A stretch of 32,000 nt of DNA from Xanthomonas campestris pv. campestris str. ATCC 33913 (GCF_000007145.1 NC_003902.1:1147436-1179435), one strand, 5' to 3'; shown: positions 16,589 to 26,756, counted from the first letter of the stretch. Numbers and translations are program-made. Notes: generated by a model from the letters alone, not told the origin.

Positions 16589-17098
16589 ATGTCCGCGAAC
16601 GTGCCCGAAATGCTGGATGCTTGGCGGATGGTCGCAGCGCGCAGGCGCTTCGACGGCCGCATCCCGCTATCTGCGATGACCCGTCTTCAGGGAAGCCTGG
16701 TTGATACCGAAGGCGAATGTGTCTATTCGCTTCAGTTCGATCAGGACGATCTGTTGAAGGTCGCCTATGTCGAACTCAGCATCGATGTCGCGCTGCCGCT
16801 GGAATGCCAGCGCAGCCTGCAGCGTTTTCTGTATCCGGTGCAGATCAGGCAGCGACTCGGCTTGATCCGCGACGAGGCCGATGAGGCCGCGTTGCCGCCC
16901 GACTACGAAGCCTTGCTGGTGCCCGACGACGGCATGCTGCGGGCAGTGGACCTGGTGGAGGACGAGCTGGTGCTGGCGGTTCCCGTGGTGCCGATGGCGC
17001 CGGGGAGCGAGGCAGTCGAGGCCGAGTGGGTTCCGACCCAGGAAGAGCAAGACAAGGCCAGTCCGTTCGCGGCGCTGGCGGCGTTGAAGAAACAGTAA
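16589..17098 (+). CDS. yceD: DUF177 protein YceD (large-subunit ribosome/23S rRNA accumulation protein)
   Basis: 169-aa acidic protein 'MSANVPEMLDAWRMVAARRRFDGRIPL...' directly upstream of rpmF. The long upstream part of ORF 15839..17098 is antisense to maf and is rejected. Confidence 0.85.
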   Translation: MSANVPEMLDAWRMVAARRRFDGRIPLSAMTRLQGSLVDTEGECVYSLQFDQDDLLKVAYVELSIDVALPLECQRSLQRFLYPVQIRQRLGLIRDEADEAALPPDYEALLVPDDGMLRAVDLVEDELVLAVPVVPMAPGSEAVEAEWVPTQEEQDKASPFAALAALKKQ

Positions 17099-17194
17099 CC
17101 GCCGCTGTTAAGGGCGGAAACACAGGTCGGCGCGGGCGTACAGTCCTGTTCGACTCAACAGAAAAGTTATCGAACTTAAGTTTGGAGCAATCCC

Positions 17195-17389
17195 ATGGCT
17201 GTGCAGAAATCCCGAGTCACCCCGTCCCGCCGCGGCCAGCGTCGTTCGCACGATGCCCTGACCGCCAAGCAGCTGTCGACCGACCCGACCAGCGGCGAGA
17301 TCCATCTGCGCCATCACATCACCGCTGACGGTTACTACCGCGGCAAGAAGGTGATCACGACCAAGTCGTCGGCCGTCCAAGAAGATTGA
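17195..17389 (+). CDS. rpmF: 50S ribosomal protein L32
   Basis: '[22 protein letters not shown]', 64 aa, with GGAG upstream. Confidence 0.95.
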   Translation: MAVQKSRVTPSRRGQRRSHDALTAKQLSTDPTSGEIHLRHHITADGYYRGKKVITTKSSAVQED

Positions 17390-17396
17390 TCCGTGG

Positions 17397-17461
17397 CACC
17401 CGCCGCAGTTTTGCAGGCGGGTGACCCTCGATACTTCCGGAGCCGCCAATCACCGCGGCTC
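17397..17461 (+). promoter_or_regulatory. two stem-loops in the rpmF-fabH spacer (possible attenuator or processing structures)
   Basis: CACCCGCC (17397-17404) pairs with GGCGGGTG (17416-17423). GAGCCGC (17440-17446) pairs with GCGGCTC (17455-17461). Neither is followed by a clear U-tract. Confidence 0.35.
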
Positions 17462-17478
17462 TTGCACCAAGGAACAGT

Positions 17479-18456
17479 ATGAGCAAGCGGATCTACTCCA
17501 GAATCGCGGGCACGGGTAGTTATTTGCCCGAAAAGGTGTTGACCAACGACGATATGTCCAAGATCGTCGACACCAGCGATGAATGGATCCGCTCGCGTAC
17601 CGGCATCCGTGAACGTCACATCGTTGCCGACGACCAGACCACCAGCGACCTGGCGTACTTCGCCTCGCTGAAGGCGATGGAAGCAGCCGGTGTCACTGCC
17701 GACGAGATCGACCTGATCGTTGTCGGCACCACCACCCCGGACCTGATTTTCCCGTCCACTGCGTGCCTGTTGCAGGCGCGGCTGGGCAATGTCGGCTGCG
17801 GTGCCTTCGACGTCAACGCGGCCTGCTCGGGCTTCGTCTACGCGCTCAGCGTGGCCGACAAGTTCGTTCGCAGTGGCGACGCCAAGACCGTGCTGGTCGT
17901 TGGCGCCGAAACGCTGACCCGGATCGTCGACTGGACCGATCGCACCACCTGCGTGCTGTTTGGCGACGGTGCGGGCGCGGTCGTGCTCAAGGCCGACGAA
18001 GACACCGGCATCCTCAGCACCCATCTGCATGCCGACGGCAGCAAGAAGGAATTGCTGTGGGATCCGGTCGGTGTGTCTGTTGGCTTCGGCGAAGGCAAGA
18101 ACGGCGGTGGCGCGTTGCTGATGAAGGGTAACGACGTGTTCAAGTACGCCGTCAAGGCGCTGGACTCGGTGGTCGATGAAACCCTCGCCGCCAATGGCCT
18201 GGACACGCACGACCTGGACTGGTTGATCCCGCATCAGGCCAATCTGCGCATTATCGAAGCCACCGCCAAGCGGCTGGATCTGCCGATGGAGCAGGTGGTG
18301 GTCACCGTCGACCGGCATGGCAATACCTCGTCGGCCTCGGTGCCGCTCGCGCTGGACGAAGCGGTTCGCTCCGGTCGCGTGCAGCGTGGCCAGTTGCTGC
18401 TGCTGGAAGCCTTCGGGGGCGGATTTACCTGGGGCTCGGCGCTGCTGCGCTACTGA
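17479..18456 (+). CDS. fabH: 3-oxoacyl-ACP synthase III (KAS III)
   Basis: Active-site context '[11 protein letters not shown]' (Cys), 'PHQANLRI' (His) and 'HGNTSSAS' (Asn), 325 aa. Confidence 0.95.
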   Translation: MSKRIYSRIAGTGSYLPEKVLTNDDMSKIVDTSDEWIRSRTGIRERHIVADDQTTSDLAYFASLKAMEAAGVTADEIDLIVVGTTTPDLIFPSTACLLQARLGNVGCGAFDVNAACSGFVYALSVADKFVRSGDAKTVLVVGAETLTRIVDWTDRTTCVLFGDGAGAVVLKADEDTGILSTHLHADGSKKELLWDPVGVSVGFGEGKNGGGALLMKGNDVFKYAVKALDSVVDETLAANGLDTHDLDWLIPHQANLRIIEATAKRLDLPMEQVVVTVDRHGNTSSASVPLALDEAVRSGRVQRGQLLLLEAFGGGFTWGSALLRY

Positions 18457-18466
18457 TCTGCGCAGG

Positions 18467-18496
18467 CACTGCCGCGTTTGCCGGCGGTGTCTTTTT
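18467..18496 (+). terminator. rho-independent terminator after fabH
   Basis: CACTGCCG (18467-18474) pairs with CGGCGGTG (18482-18489) with one mismatch, followed by 'TCTTTTT'. Confidence 0.6.
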
Positions 18497-18499
18497 GCG

Positions 18500-18960
18500 T
18501 TTGAGGTTCTGTTGGTGCAAAGAGCCTTGCCATTGCGGGCTGATGTGTCAGTGAGTCTCCCTGACGCAGTGCAGCCGCCGCACAGTCTTGATCGACACAC
18601 GCAACGTTCTCGCACGCCACTAGGGCCTGGATGTCCTGCCTCCACCGCCGCAGCGTGGCGGTGATGCGGTCCCTGCGGGGAATGTAGCCGGCGCAGCGCG
18701 CTGCAGGCTCAGGCGGTCAAGCTGTTGCGGGTGATGGCCTGCGGGCAGGCGGGGTAGAGCGTTGTCAGGGGCACGCCACTGATGCTCAGCGACAGCGCGT
18801 TCGTGTGCGGACTGCCTGCGCCCAGGTGGTCAAGTAACCGCGCGTTTCGCGCATCTGACCCGCCTCTCTTCCACGCCCAGCTGACGCGCCAGCGCGCCGC
18901 CCGGCGATCTACGCGACCACCGCGTTGAAGCTGTCGATGCCGTGCCTGGACTGGCTCCTC
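18500..18960 (-). pseudogene. probable decayed gene remnant (multiple frames, unknown family)
   Basis: No intact ORF, but protein-like stretches appear in different minus-strand frames: 'GALARQLGVEERRVRCAKRAV' (HTH-like), 'LDHLGAGSPHTNALSLSISGVPLTTLYPA' and 'GYIPRRDRITATLRRWRQDIQALVACENVACVD'. The boundaries and even the strand are tentative. Confidence 0.25.
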
Positions 18961-19100
18961 AACGGCGACATTGACCTGCTCAGACCCTGCCGGCAGACGC
19001 CTGTGCGATGCGGGCGTTGGCGCCTTGCATACGCGTCAGTACAGACGGCCGGGCGATTTCGCACGTATTATCCCGGCTCGATTTTTGTAGGCAGCAACGC

Positions 19101-20045
19101 GTGACCGAATCTACGCTCGCTTTCGTGTTTCCCGGCCAGGGCTCGCAGTCCCTGGGCATGCTGGCTGAACTTGCCGAACTGCATCCGCAGATCCGCGAGA
19201 CCTTCGTCGAGGCCTCCGATGGCGCCGGCGTCGATCTGTGGGCCCTGTCGCAGGGCGGCCCGGAAGAGATGCTCAACCGCACCGAATACACCCAGCCGGC
19301 GTTGCTGGCCGCCGGTGTGGCGGTGTGGCGCCTGTGGAACGCGCAGCGCGGCGAACGACCGGCGGTGCTGGCCGGCCATAGCCTTGGCGAGTACACCGCA
19401 CTGGTCGCTGCCGGCGCCTTGTCGCTGCACGATGGTGCCCATCTGGTGCGGCTGCGCGGGCAGTTCATGCAGGCAGCGGCGCCCGCCGGTGTCGGCGCGA
19501 TGGCCGCGGTGCTGGGCGCCGAGGATGCGCTGGTGCGCGAGGTCTGTGTCGAGGCCTCGGGCAGCCAGGTGGTGGTGCCGGCCAACTTCAATTCGCCCGG
19601 TCAGATTGTGATCGGTGGCGATGCGGCGGCGGTGGATCGCGCGCTGGCGTTGCTGGCCGAGCGTGGCGTGCGCAAGGCGGTCAAGCTGGCGGTGAGCGTG
19701 CCGTCGCACACTCCGCTGATGCGCGAGGCGGCCAACCAGTTGGGTGAGGCGATGGCCGGGTTGACCTGGCACACGCCGCAGATTCCGGTGGTGCAGAATG
19801 TCGACGCGCAGGTGCACGCCGGCCACGAGGCGATCCGCCAGGCCCTGGTCGAGCAGCTGTATCTGCCGGTGCAGTGGACCGGCTGCGTGCAGGCGCTGGC
19901 CGCGCAGGGCATCAGCCGGATCGCCGAATGCGGCCCGGGCAAGGTGCTGAGCGGGCTGATCAAACGTATCGACAAAAGCCTGGATGCCCGTTCGCTCGCG
20001 ACCCCGGCCGATTACGCCGGCGCGCTGGATGCGTGGGCGCACTGA
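19101..20045 (+). CDS. fabD: malonyl-CoA:ACP transacylase
   Basis: A GTG start gives 'VTESTLAFVFPGQGSQSLGML'. The active site is 'GHSLGEYTALV'. 314 aa. Confidence 0.93.
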   Translation: MTESTLAFVFPGQGSQSLGMLAELAELHPQIRETFVEASDGAGVDLWALSQGGPEEMLNRTEYTQPALLAAGVAVWRLWNAQRGERPAVLAGHSLGEYTALVAAGALSLHDGAHLVRLRGQFMQAAAPAGVGAMAAVLGAEDALVREVCVEASGSQVVVPANFNSPGQIVIGGDAAAVDRALALLAERGVRKAVKLAVSVPSHTPLMREAANQLGEAMAGLTWHTPQIPVVQNVDAQVHAGHEAIRQALVEQLYLPVQWTGCVQALAAQGISRIAECGPGKVLSGLIKRIDKSLDARSLATPADYAGALDAWAH

Positions 20046-20123
20046 GTTGACCGATTTGCCGGTGATGCCGGCCCTCGACGCTCGCAACTGCGGTTGTGAC
20101 GTCCCCTCTTGAGGAACAGCAAC

Positions 20124-20867
20124 ATGAGCAAGCCATTGCAGGGCGAGATCGCTCTGGTCACCGGCGCCAGCCGCGGCATCGGCGCGGCCATCGCCGATAC
20201 GCTGGCCGCCCAGGGTGCCACGGTCATCGGCACGGCCACCTCCGCCTCCGGGGCCGCTGCCATCGGCGAGCGCCTGGCTGCCAACGGCGGCCACGGCCGG
20301 GAGCTCAATGTCACCGATGCGGCCGCGGTCGATGCCTTGATCGATGCGATCGGCAAGGAGTTCGGTGCGGTCTCGATCCTGGTCAACAACGCCGGCATCA
20401 CCCGCGACAACCTGCTGATGCGGATGAAGGACGACGATTGGCAGGCGATCATCGACACCAACCTGACCAGTGTCTTCCGGACCTCCAAGGCGGTGATGCG
20501 CGGCATGATGAAAGCGCGCAAGGGTCGCATCATCAACATCGCCTCGGTGGTGGGTGTGACCGGTAATCCGGGCCAGACCAACTACGCGGCGGCCAAGGCC
20601 GGCATCATTGCGTTTTCCAAGTCGCTGGCCAAGGAAATCGGCTCGCGCGGGATCACTGTCAATGTGGTCGCGCCCGGCTTCATCGATACCGATATGACCA
20701 AGGCGCTGCCGGAAGATGCCAAGACAGCGTTGCTGCAGCAGATCGCGCTGGGCCATCTGGGGCAGCCGGACGACATCGCCAATGCGGTGGCATTCCTGGC
20801 TGGCCCGCCCGCCCGTTACATCACTGGTGAGACCCTGCACGTCAACGGCGGCATGTACATGCCGTGA
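20124..20867 (+). CDS. fabG: 3-oxoacyl-ACP reductase
   Basis: 'ALVTGASRGIGAAIA', 'NNAGI' and 'YAAAKAG' SDR motifs. GAGGAA lies upstream of ATG 20124. Confidence 0.95.
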   Translation: MSKPLQGEIALVTGASRGIGAAIADTLAAQGATVIGTATSASGAAAIGERLAANGGHGRELNVTDAAAVDALIDAIGKEFGAVSILVNNAGITRDNLLMRMKDDDWQAIIDTNLTSVFRTSKAVMRGMMKARKGRIINIASVVGVTGNPGQTNYAAAKAGIIAFSKSLAKEIGSRGITVNVVAPGFIDTDMTKALPEDAKTALLQQIALGHLGQPDDIANAVAFLAGPPARYITGETLHVNGGMYMP

Positions 20868-20959
20868 GCGTGCGGCGCCGGGAGGCGCTAAGTGGCTGAT
20901 CGGCCGGGATTTGTGATGCAATGCAAGGCCCGGTCGCTTCCACTACACTATCCAACGCG

Positions 20960-20988
20960 GCCATCGCAGCGGCGATGGCGTTTTTTTT
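20960..20988 (+). terminator. canonical intrinsic terminator between fabG and acpP
   Basis: 'GCCATCGC-AGCG-GCGATGGC', then G plus T8 (20981-20988). It ends only 34 nt before the acpP start codon. Confidence 0.7.
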
Positions 20989-21022
20989 GTACCACCACTA
21001 CTCCATCTGGAGCGATATCTCA

Positions 21023-21262
21023 ATGAGCACCATCGAAGAACGCGTCAAGAAAATCGTCGTCGAACAACTCGGCGTCAAGGAAGAGGAAGTCACCACCAGC
21101 GCATCGTTCGTCGATGACCTGGGTGCCGACTCGCTGGACACCGTCGAGCTGGTGATGGCGCTGGAAGAAGAGTTCGAGTGCGAAATCCCGGACGAAGAAG
21201 CTGAGAAGATCACGTCGGTCCAGCAGGCGATCGACTACGTCAAGGCTCACGTCAAGAGCTGA
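21023..21262 (+). CDS. acpP: acyl carrier protein
   Basis: '[18 protein letters not shown]...[20 protein letters not shown]', 79 aa. The phosphopantetheine attachment site is the Ser in 'DSLD'. Confidence 0.97.
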   Translation: MSTIEERVKKIVVEQLGVKEEEVTTSASFVDDLGADSLDTVELVMALEEEFECEIPDEEAEKITSVQQAIDYVKAHVKS

Positions 21263-21321
21263 TGCGTTGTTCCTGACAGCGGTGGCGGGCATTTGGCTGC
21301 TGCTGCGTCAGACATCCCATG

Positions 21322-21348
21322 GGGCCGCTGATGCGGCCCTGTGTTTTT
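21322..21348 (+). terminator. rho-independent terminator/attenuator after acpP
   Basis: GGGCCGC-TGAT-GCGGCCC followed by 'TGTGTTTTT'. Confidence 0.65.
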
Positions 21349-21402
21349 GAGCGTCAACCGTAAACCGCAAGCACCGTCCGTCGTGTGGTGAGGAGATCTG
21401 CA

Positions 21403-22638
<1,236 letters not shown>

Positions 22639-22799
22639 GCCATTGGTCCTGCGCCGCAATGGCGCAGGGTCGCGATGGGCTGCAACGCGTCGCGCGTTCG
22701 GCCCGTTGTGTCTTCTGCTGATTTACCGTGCGGTGTGCGGCGCGCTGGTTGTCACCGGCGCGCAGCGCCGCATCCGTCCCTCCACGCCAAGCCAGGCCG

Positions 22800-24155
22800 A
22801 TGACGCTGACCCGACCACTGCACGCGGACATCGACCTGCTGGCGCTGCATCGCCTGGCACCGCAGCGGTATCCCGCGTTGCTGGAATCCAGCGCGTCGGG
22901 CACCGCGCACGGGCGTTGGGATGTGTTGCTGCTGGCGCAGGGCGCGCAGCTGCGTCTGGACCCGGACGGCTGCACCCGCAATGGTGACGGCCAACTGCTG
23001 GAAGGCGGCTTTCTCGACGCCCTGGATGCAGCCTGGCAGGCCGAGCGGCTGCCGCACGAGGGCGAAAGTTCTTGGCCGTTTCGCGGTGGCTGGGCGGTGC
23101 TGCTGGACTATGAGGTGGCCGCACAGGTCGAGCCGATCCTGCGCCTGCCCATGCGCAGCGACGCCGCGCCCGCGGCATTGGCCCTGCGGGCGCCGGCGGC
23201 AGTGCTGCGCGACCGCATGGACGGGCGCTGCTTCGCCGTGGCCGAGCCGGGGCGCGAAGACCTGCTGCAGCAGATTGACGACGACATCACCGCCTGCGCC
23301 AGCCTGCCAGCCTTGCCTGCCTGGGCAGCGCCGACGGTGGTGCAGGAAGACCCGCCTGAGCAATTCACCGATGCGGTGCTGCGGGTGCTGGACTATTTGC
23401 GTGCCGGCGATGTGTTCCAGGCCAATATCTCGCGCGCCTGGCAGGCGCAGTTCGATCGGCCCGTCGACCCTGCCGCCTTGCATGCGCGGCTGCGTGCGGC
23501 CAATCCGGCGCCGTTTTCCGGCCTGTTTGTGGCGGCCGGGCGCGCGATGGTGAGTTCTTCGCCGGAGCGGTTGGTGTCGGTGCACGGGCGAGTAGTGCAG
23601 ACCCGGCCGATTGCCGGGACCCGTGCACGCTTTGCCGGTGACGATGATGCCGCGCGCATCCGCGAGCTGGTCGGTCACCCGAAGGAACGCGCCGAACACG
23701 TGATGCTGATCGACCTGGAGCGCAACGACCTGGGCCGCATCTGCGCGCCGGGCAGCGTGGAGGTGGACGAACTGATGGGCGTAGAGAGCTATGCGCACGT
23801 GCATCACATCGTCAGCAATGTCCGCGGCCGGTTGCGGCAGGGCGTCACCCCTGGCGAGGTGATTGCGGCGGTATTTCCGGGCGGCACCATCACCGGCTGC
23901 CCGAAGGTGCGCTGCATGCAGATCATTGCCGAGCTGGAACAGACCGCGCGTGGCGCCTATACCGGCGCGTTCGGTTGGCTCAACCGCGACGGCGACATGG
24001 ATCTGAACATCCTGATCCGCACCGCCGAAGTGGCCGGCAGCCAGGTACGGTTCCGCACCGGTGCTGGCATCGTGGTGGACTCGGACCCGCAGCGGGAACT
24101 GGACGAAACCCGTGCCAAGGCGCGCGGGCTGCTGCGTGCGCTGGACCCGGCATGA
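22800..24155 (+). CDS. pabB: aminodeoxychorismate synthase component I (chorismate-utilising enzyme, PIAGT type)
   Basis: Chorismate-binding domain with 'PIAGTRAR', 'ERAEHVMLIDLERNDLGR', 'FPGGTITGCPKVRCMQIIAELE' and 'GAYTGAFGW'. It occupies the slot after fabF where E. coli has pabC. Telling it apart from TrpE or isochorismate synthase needs a search. Confidence 0.75.
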   Translation: MTLTRPLHADIDLLALHRLAPQRYPALLESSASGTAHGRWDVLLLAQGAQLRLDPDGCTRNGDGQLLEGGFLDALDAAWQAERLPHEGESSWPFRGGWAVLLDYEVAAQVEPILRLPMRSDAAPAALALRAPAAVLRDRMDGRCFAVAEPGREDLLQQIDDDITACASLPALPAWAAPTVVQEDPPEQFTDAVLRVLDYLRAGDVFQANISRAWQAQFDRPVDPAALHARLRAANPAPFSGLFVAAGRAMVSSSPERLVSVHGRVVQTRPIAGTRARFAGDDDAARIRELVGHPKERAEHVMLIDLERNDLGRICAPGSVEVDELMGVESYAHVHHIVSNVRGRLRQGVTPGEVIAAVFPGGTITGCPKVRCMQIIAELEQTARGAYTGAFGWLNRDGDMDLNILIRTAEVAGSQVRFRTGAGIVVDSDPQRELDETRAKARGLLRALDPA

Positions 24156-24215
24156 GTACTTCAACGGCACATCACCGGCGCGCGGTATCCTGCGCGGCGC
24201 TGGAGCAATGACGAG

Positions 24216-25274
24216 GTGGGTGTGGCGGTGACTGGCAAACGCGGATGTCTGGCCGTGCTGGGGACGGTGCTGTTGCTTGCGGCGCTGCTGGCGATCGCGG
24301 CCGTGGTGGCGTGGCGGCACTACGTGCATTTTGCCGAGACGCCGGTCACTGCGAGCACGCCCAGCGTGGTCATCGCGCCCGGCGATTCGCTCAAAGCGAC
24401 GCTGCGCAAGCTGCGCGAGGCCGGGGTGCAGCAGGGCAGTGATCTCGAATGGCAGTTGCTGGCCCGCCAGGTGGATGCGGCCGGCAAGCTCAAGGTGGGC
24501 GAATACGCGCTGACGCCGGCGTTGCCGCCGCGTGCGCTGTTATTGCGCATGCGCCAGGGCCGGGTGATCCAGTACCGCTTCACCCTGGTGGAAGGCTGGA
24601 ACTTCCGTCAACTGCGCGCGGCCCTGGGCACGGCCACGCCGCTGCAGCAGACCATCGCGGGCCTGGACGATGCCGCACTGATGGCGCGGCTGGGCGTTGC
24701 CGGCCAGCATCCGGAAGGGCGCTTCCTACCGGAAACGTATCTGTACCAGCGCGGCGACAGTGACCTGGACGTGCTCAAGCGCGCGCATGCGGCAATGGAC
24801 AAGGCGCTGGCGCAGGCCTGGGAACAGCGCGCCCCGCAACTGCCGCTGAGCTCGCCCGAGCAGGCGTTGATCCTGGCCTCCATCATCGAGAAGGAAACCG
24901 CACTGGGCACCGAGCGGCCGCAGATCGCGGGCGTGTTCGTGCGCCGCCTGCAGATGGGCATGAAGCTGCAGACCGACCCGACCGTGATCTATGGCATCGG
25001 CAGCAGCTACGACGGCAACATCCGTCGCCGCGATCTCATCACCGACACGCCGTACAACACCTATACCCGCACCGGCCTGACGCCCACGCCGATCGCGATG
25101 CCGGGCCGCGAAGCGCTGCTGGCGGCGGTACGCCCGGCGCCGGGCAACGCGCTGTACTTCGTCGCGGTGGGCGATGGCAGCGGTGCGCATACGTTTTCGG
25201 CCACGCTGGACGAACACAATGCGGCGGTGGCGCGCTATCTGCAGCGCCGCCGTCAGCCGGAGCCCACGCCATGA
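24216..25274 (+). CDS. mltG: endolytic murein transglycosylase MltG (YceG family)
   Basis: One N-terminal TM helix and a YceG domain with 'ASIIEKET', 'LQTDPTVIYG' and 'YNTYTRTGLTPTPIAMPG'. The GTG start is uncertain (24216, 24222 or 24228). Confidence 0.9.
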   Translation: MGVAVTGKRGCLAVLGTVLLLAALLAIAAVVAWRHYVHFAETPVTASTPSVVIAPGDSLKATLRKLREAGVQQGSDLEWQLLARQVDAAGKLKVGEYALTPALPPRALLLRMRQGRVIQYRFTLVEGWNFRQLRAALGTATPLQQTIAGLDDAALMARLGVAGQHPEGRFLPETYLYQRGDSDLDVLKRAHAAMDKALAQAWEQRAPQLPLSSPEQALILASIIEKETALGTERPQIAGVFVRRLQMGMKLQTDPTVIYGIGSSYDGNIRRRDLITDTPYNTYTRTGLTPTPIAMPGREALLAAVRPAPGNALYFVAVGDGSGAHTFSATLDEHNAAVARYLQRRRQPEPTP

Positions 25275-26230
25275 CGCCTACGTTTTCACCCTGGCAACAA
25301 CGCGCCTACGACCAGACCCTGGCCGCGCTGGATGCCGGCCGGCTCGGGCATGGCCTGCTGATCTGCGGCCCGGACGGGCTGGGCAAGCGCGCGGTGGCGC
25401 TGGCGCTGGCCGAGCACGTGCTGGCCAGTGCGCCGGATCCGGCAGTGGCGCAGCGCACCCGTCAGCTGATCGCCGCCGGCACGCATCCGGATCTGCAGCT
25501 GGTGTCGTTCATTGCCAACCGCACCGGCGACAAGCTGCGCACCGAGATCGTCATTGAACAGGTGCGCGAGATCTCGCAGAAACTGTCGCTGACGCCGCAG
25601 TACGGCATCGCGCAGGTGGTAATCGTCGACCCGGCCGATGCGATCAACCGCGCCGCCTGCAATGCCTTGCTCAAGACGCTGGAAGAACCCTCGCCAGGCC
25701 GCTACCTGTGGTTGATCAGTGCGCAGCCGGCGCGCTTGCCGGCCACCATCCGCAGCCGCTGCCAGCGCCTGGAATTCAAGCTGCCGCCGGCCCACGAAGC
25801 GCTGGCCTGGCTGCTGACCCAAGGCGTTAGCGAGCGTGCGGCGCAGGAGGCGCTGGAGGCCGCGCGCGGCCATCCCGGGCTTGCCGCCCAGTGGCTGCGC
25901 GAAGACGGCCTGGCCGTGCGCCGCGCCGTGGCGCAGGACCTGGAGCAGATCGCCAGTGGCCGCGTCGGCGCTGTGGACGTGGCGCAGCGCTGGACCAACG
26001 ATGGCCAGGCCGATCAGCGTCTGCGGCATGCCGCCGACCTGGCGTTGGCGCAGGCATCGGCCGGCTTGACCGATCCATCACGGTTGCACAAGCTGGCGAC
26101 CTGGTTCGACGCCGCCAATCGCACCCGTGATTTGTTGCGCACCACCGTCCGCGCCGATCTGGCGGTGGCGGAATTGTTGCTGGCCTGGCGCGAGGGAGAG
26201 CGCCAGGCCCGTTCTAGGGGAACTCGATGA
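25271..26230 (+). CDS. holB: DNA polymerase III delta' subunit
   Basis: 'GHGLLICGPDGLGKRAVA', 'LKTLEEPSP' and 'SRCQRLEF'. The ATG overlaps the mltG stop (ATGA). Confidence 0.9.
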   Translation: MTPTFSPWQQRAYDQTLAALDAGRLGHGLLICGPDGLGKRAVALALAEHVLASAPDPAVAQRTRQLIAAGTHPDLQLVSFIANRTGDKLRTEIVIEQVREISQKLSLTPQYGIAQVVIVDPADAINRAACNALLKTLEEPSPGRYLWLISAQPARLPATIRSRCQRLEFKLPPAHEALAWLLTQGVSERAAQEALEAARGHPGLAAQWLREDGLAVRRAVAQDLEQIASGRVGAVDVAQRWTNDGQADQRLRHAADLALAQASAGLTDPSRLHKLATWFDAANRTRDLLRTTVRADLAVAELLLAWREGERQARSRGTR

Positions 26231-26580
26231 GTGCAATGAATGCACGCCAAGGCATTTTGTCGCTGGCGTTGAAGGACAAGGCCGCGCTGTACAGCGCCTA
26301 CATGCCGTTCGTGAAAAGTGGCGGCATCTTCGTGCCGACGCCCAAGCGCTACATGCTGGGCGATGAGGTGTTTCTGCTTTTGACGCTGCCTGATTCAAGC
26401 GAGCGTCTCCCGGTCGCCGGCAAGGTGGTGTGGACCACGCCTGCGGGCGCGCAGGGCAACCGCGCGGCCGGCATCGGCGTGCAGTTCCCGGACGGCCCGG
26501 AAGGCGAGGCGGTGCGCAACAAGATCGAAACACTGCTGGCCGGTTTGACCACCTCCGACAAGCCGACCCACACGATGTAA
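26227..26580 (+). CDS. pilZ: type IV pilus assembly protein PilZ (non-canonical PilZ domain)
   Basis: 117 aa, 'MSAMNARQGILSLALKDKAALYSAYMPFVKSGGIFVPT...'. The ATG overlaps the holB stop (ATGA). It lacks an evident RxxxR / DxSxxG c-di-GMP motif pair, as I recall for the xanthomonad PilZ orthologue. Confidence 0.85.
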   Translation: MSAMNARQGILSLALKDKAALYSAYMPFVKSGGIFVPTPKRYMLGDEVFLLLTLPDSSERLPVAGKVVWTTPAGAQGNRAAGIGVQFPDGPEGEAVRNKIETLLAGLTTSDKPTHTM

Positions 26581-26585
26581 GGCAG

Positions 26586-26619
26586 GCAATCGCCGCGGCC
26601 GATGGCGCGCGGCGATTGC
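26586..26619 (+). terminator. 12-bp perfect stem-loop after pilZ (no U-tract)
   Basis: GCAATCGCCGCG (26586-26597) pairs with CGCGGCGATTGC (26608-26619) around a 10-nt loop. The following sequence is not T-rich, so function as an intrinsic terminator is uncertain. Confidence 0.35.
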
Positions 26620-26711
26620 AAGACTGGGCCACAGGTGCGCTGCATGCGTGTGGTGATCGTGGGGCGGCGGCACGGCGGTTTCAGTGCGTTGCGCCACGCG
26701 GTAAACAACTA

Positions 26712-26739
26712 TTGACGATCTCCGCCGCTGCCCTATAAT
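26712..26739 (+). promoter_or_regulatory. strong sigma-70-like promoter for tRNA-Val
   Basis: TTGACG (26712-26717), a 16-nt spacer, then TATAAT (26734-26739), about 18 nt upstream of the tRNA 5' end. Confidence 0.6.
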
Positions 26740-26756
26740 GTGCGGCTCGCGTCACC

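Noticed and set aside
19068-20921. A 617-aa ORF antisense to fabD/fabG, along with other very long antisense or off-frame ORFs (for example 3936..5138, 4684..5643, 11551..13011, 13046..14197, 17335..18645, 21247..22659, 22752..24329, all on the minus strand).
   Set aside because: High-GC DNA has few stop codons in non-coding frames. The translations are Arg/Ala/Gly/Pro-rich with no recognisable motifs. Each one lies opposite a gene with clear family signatures.
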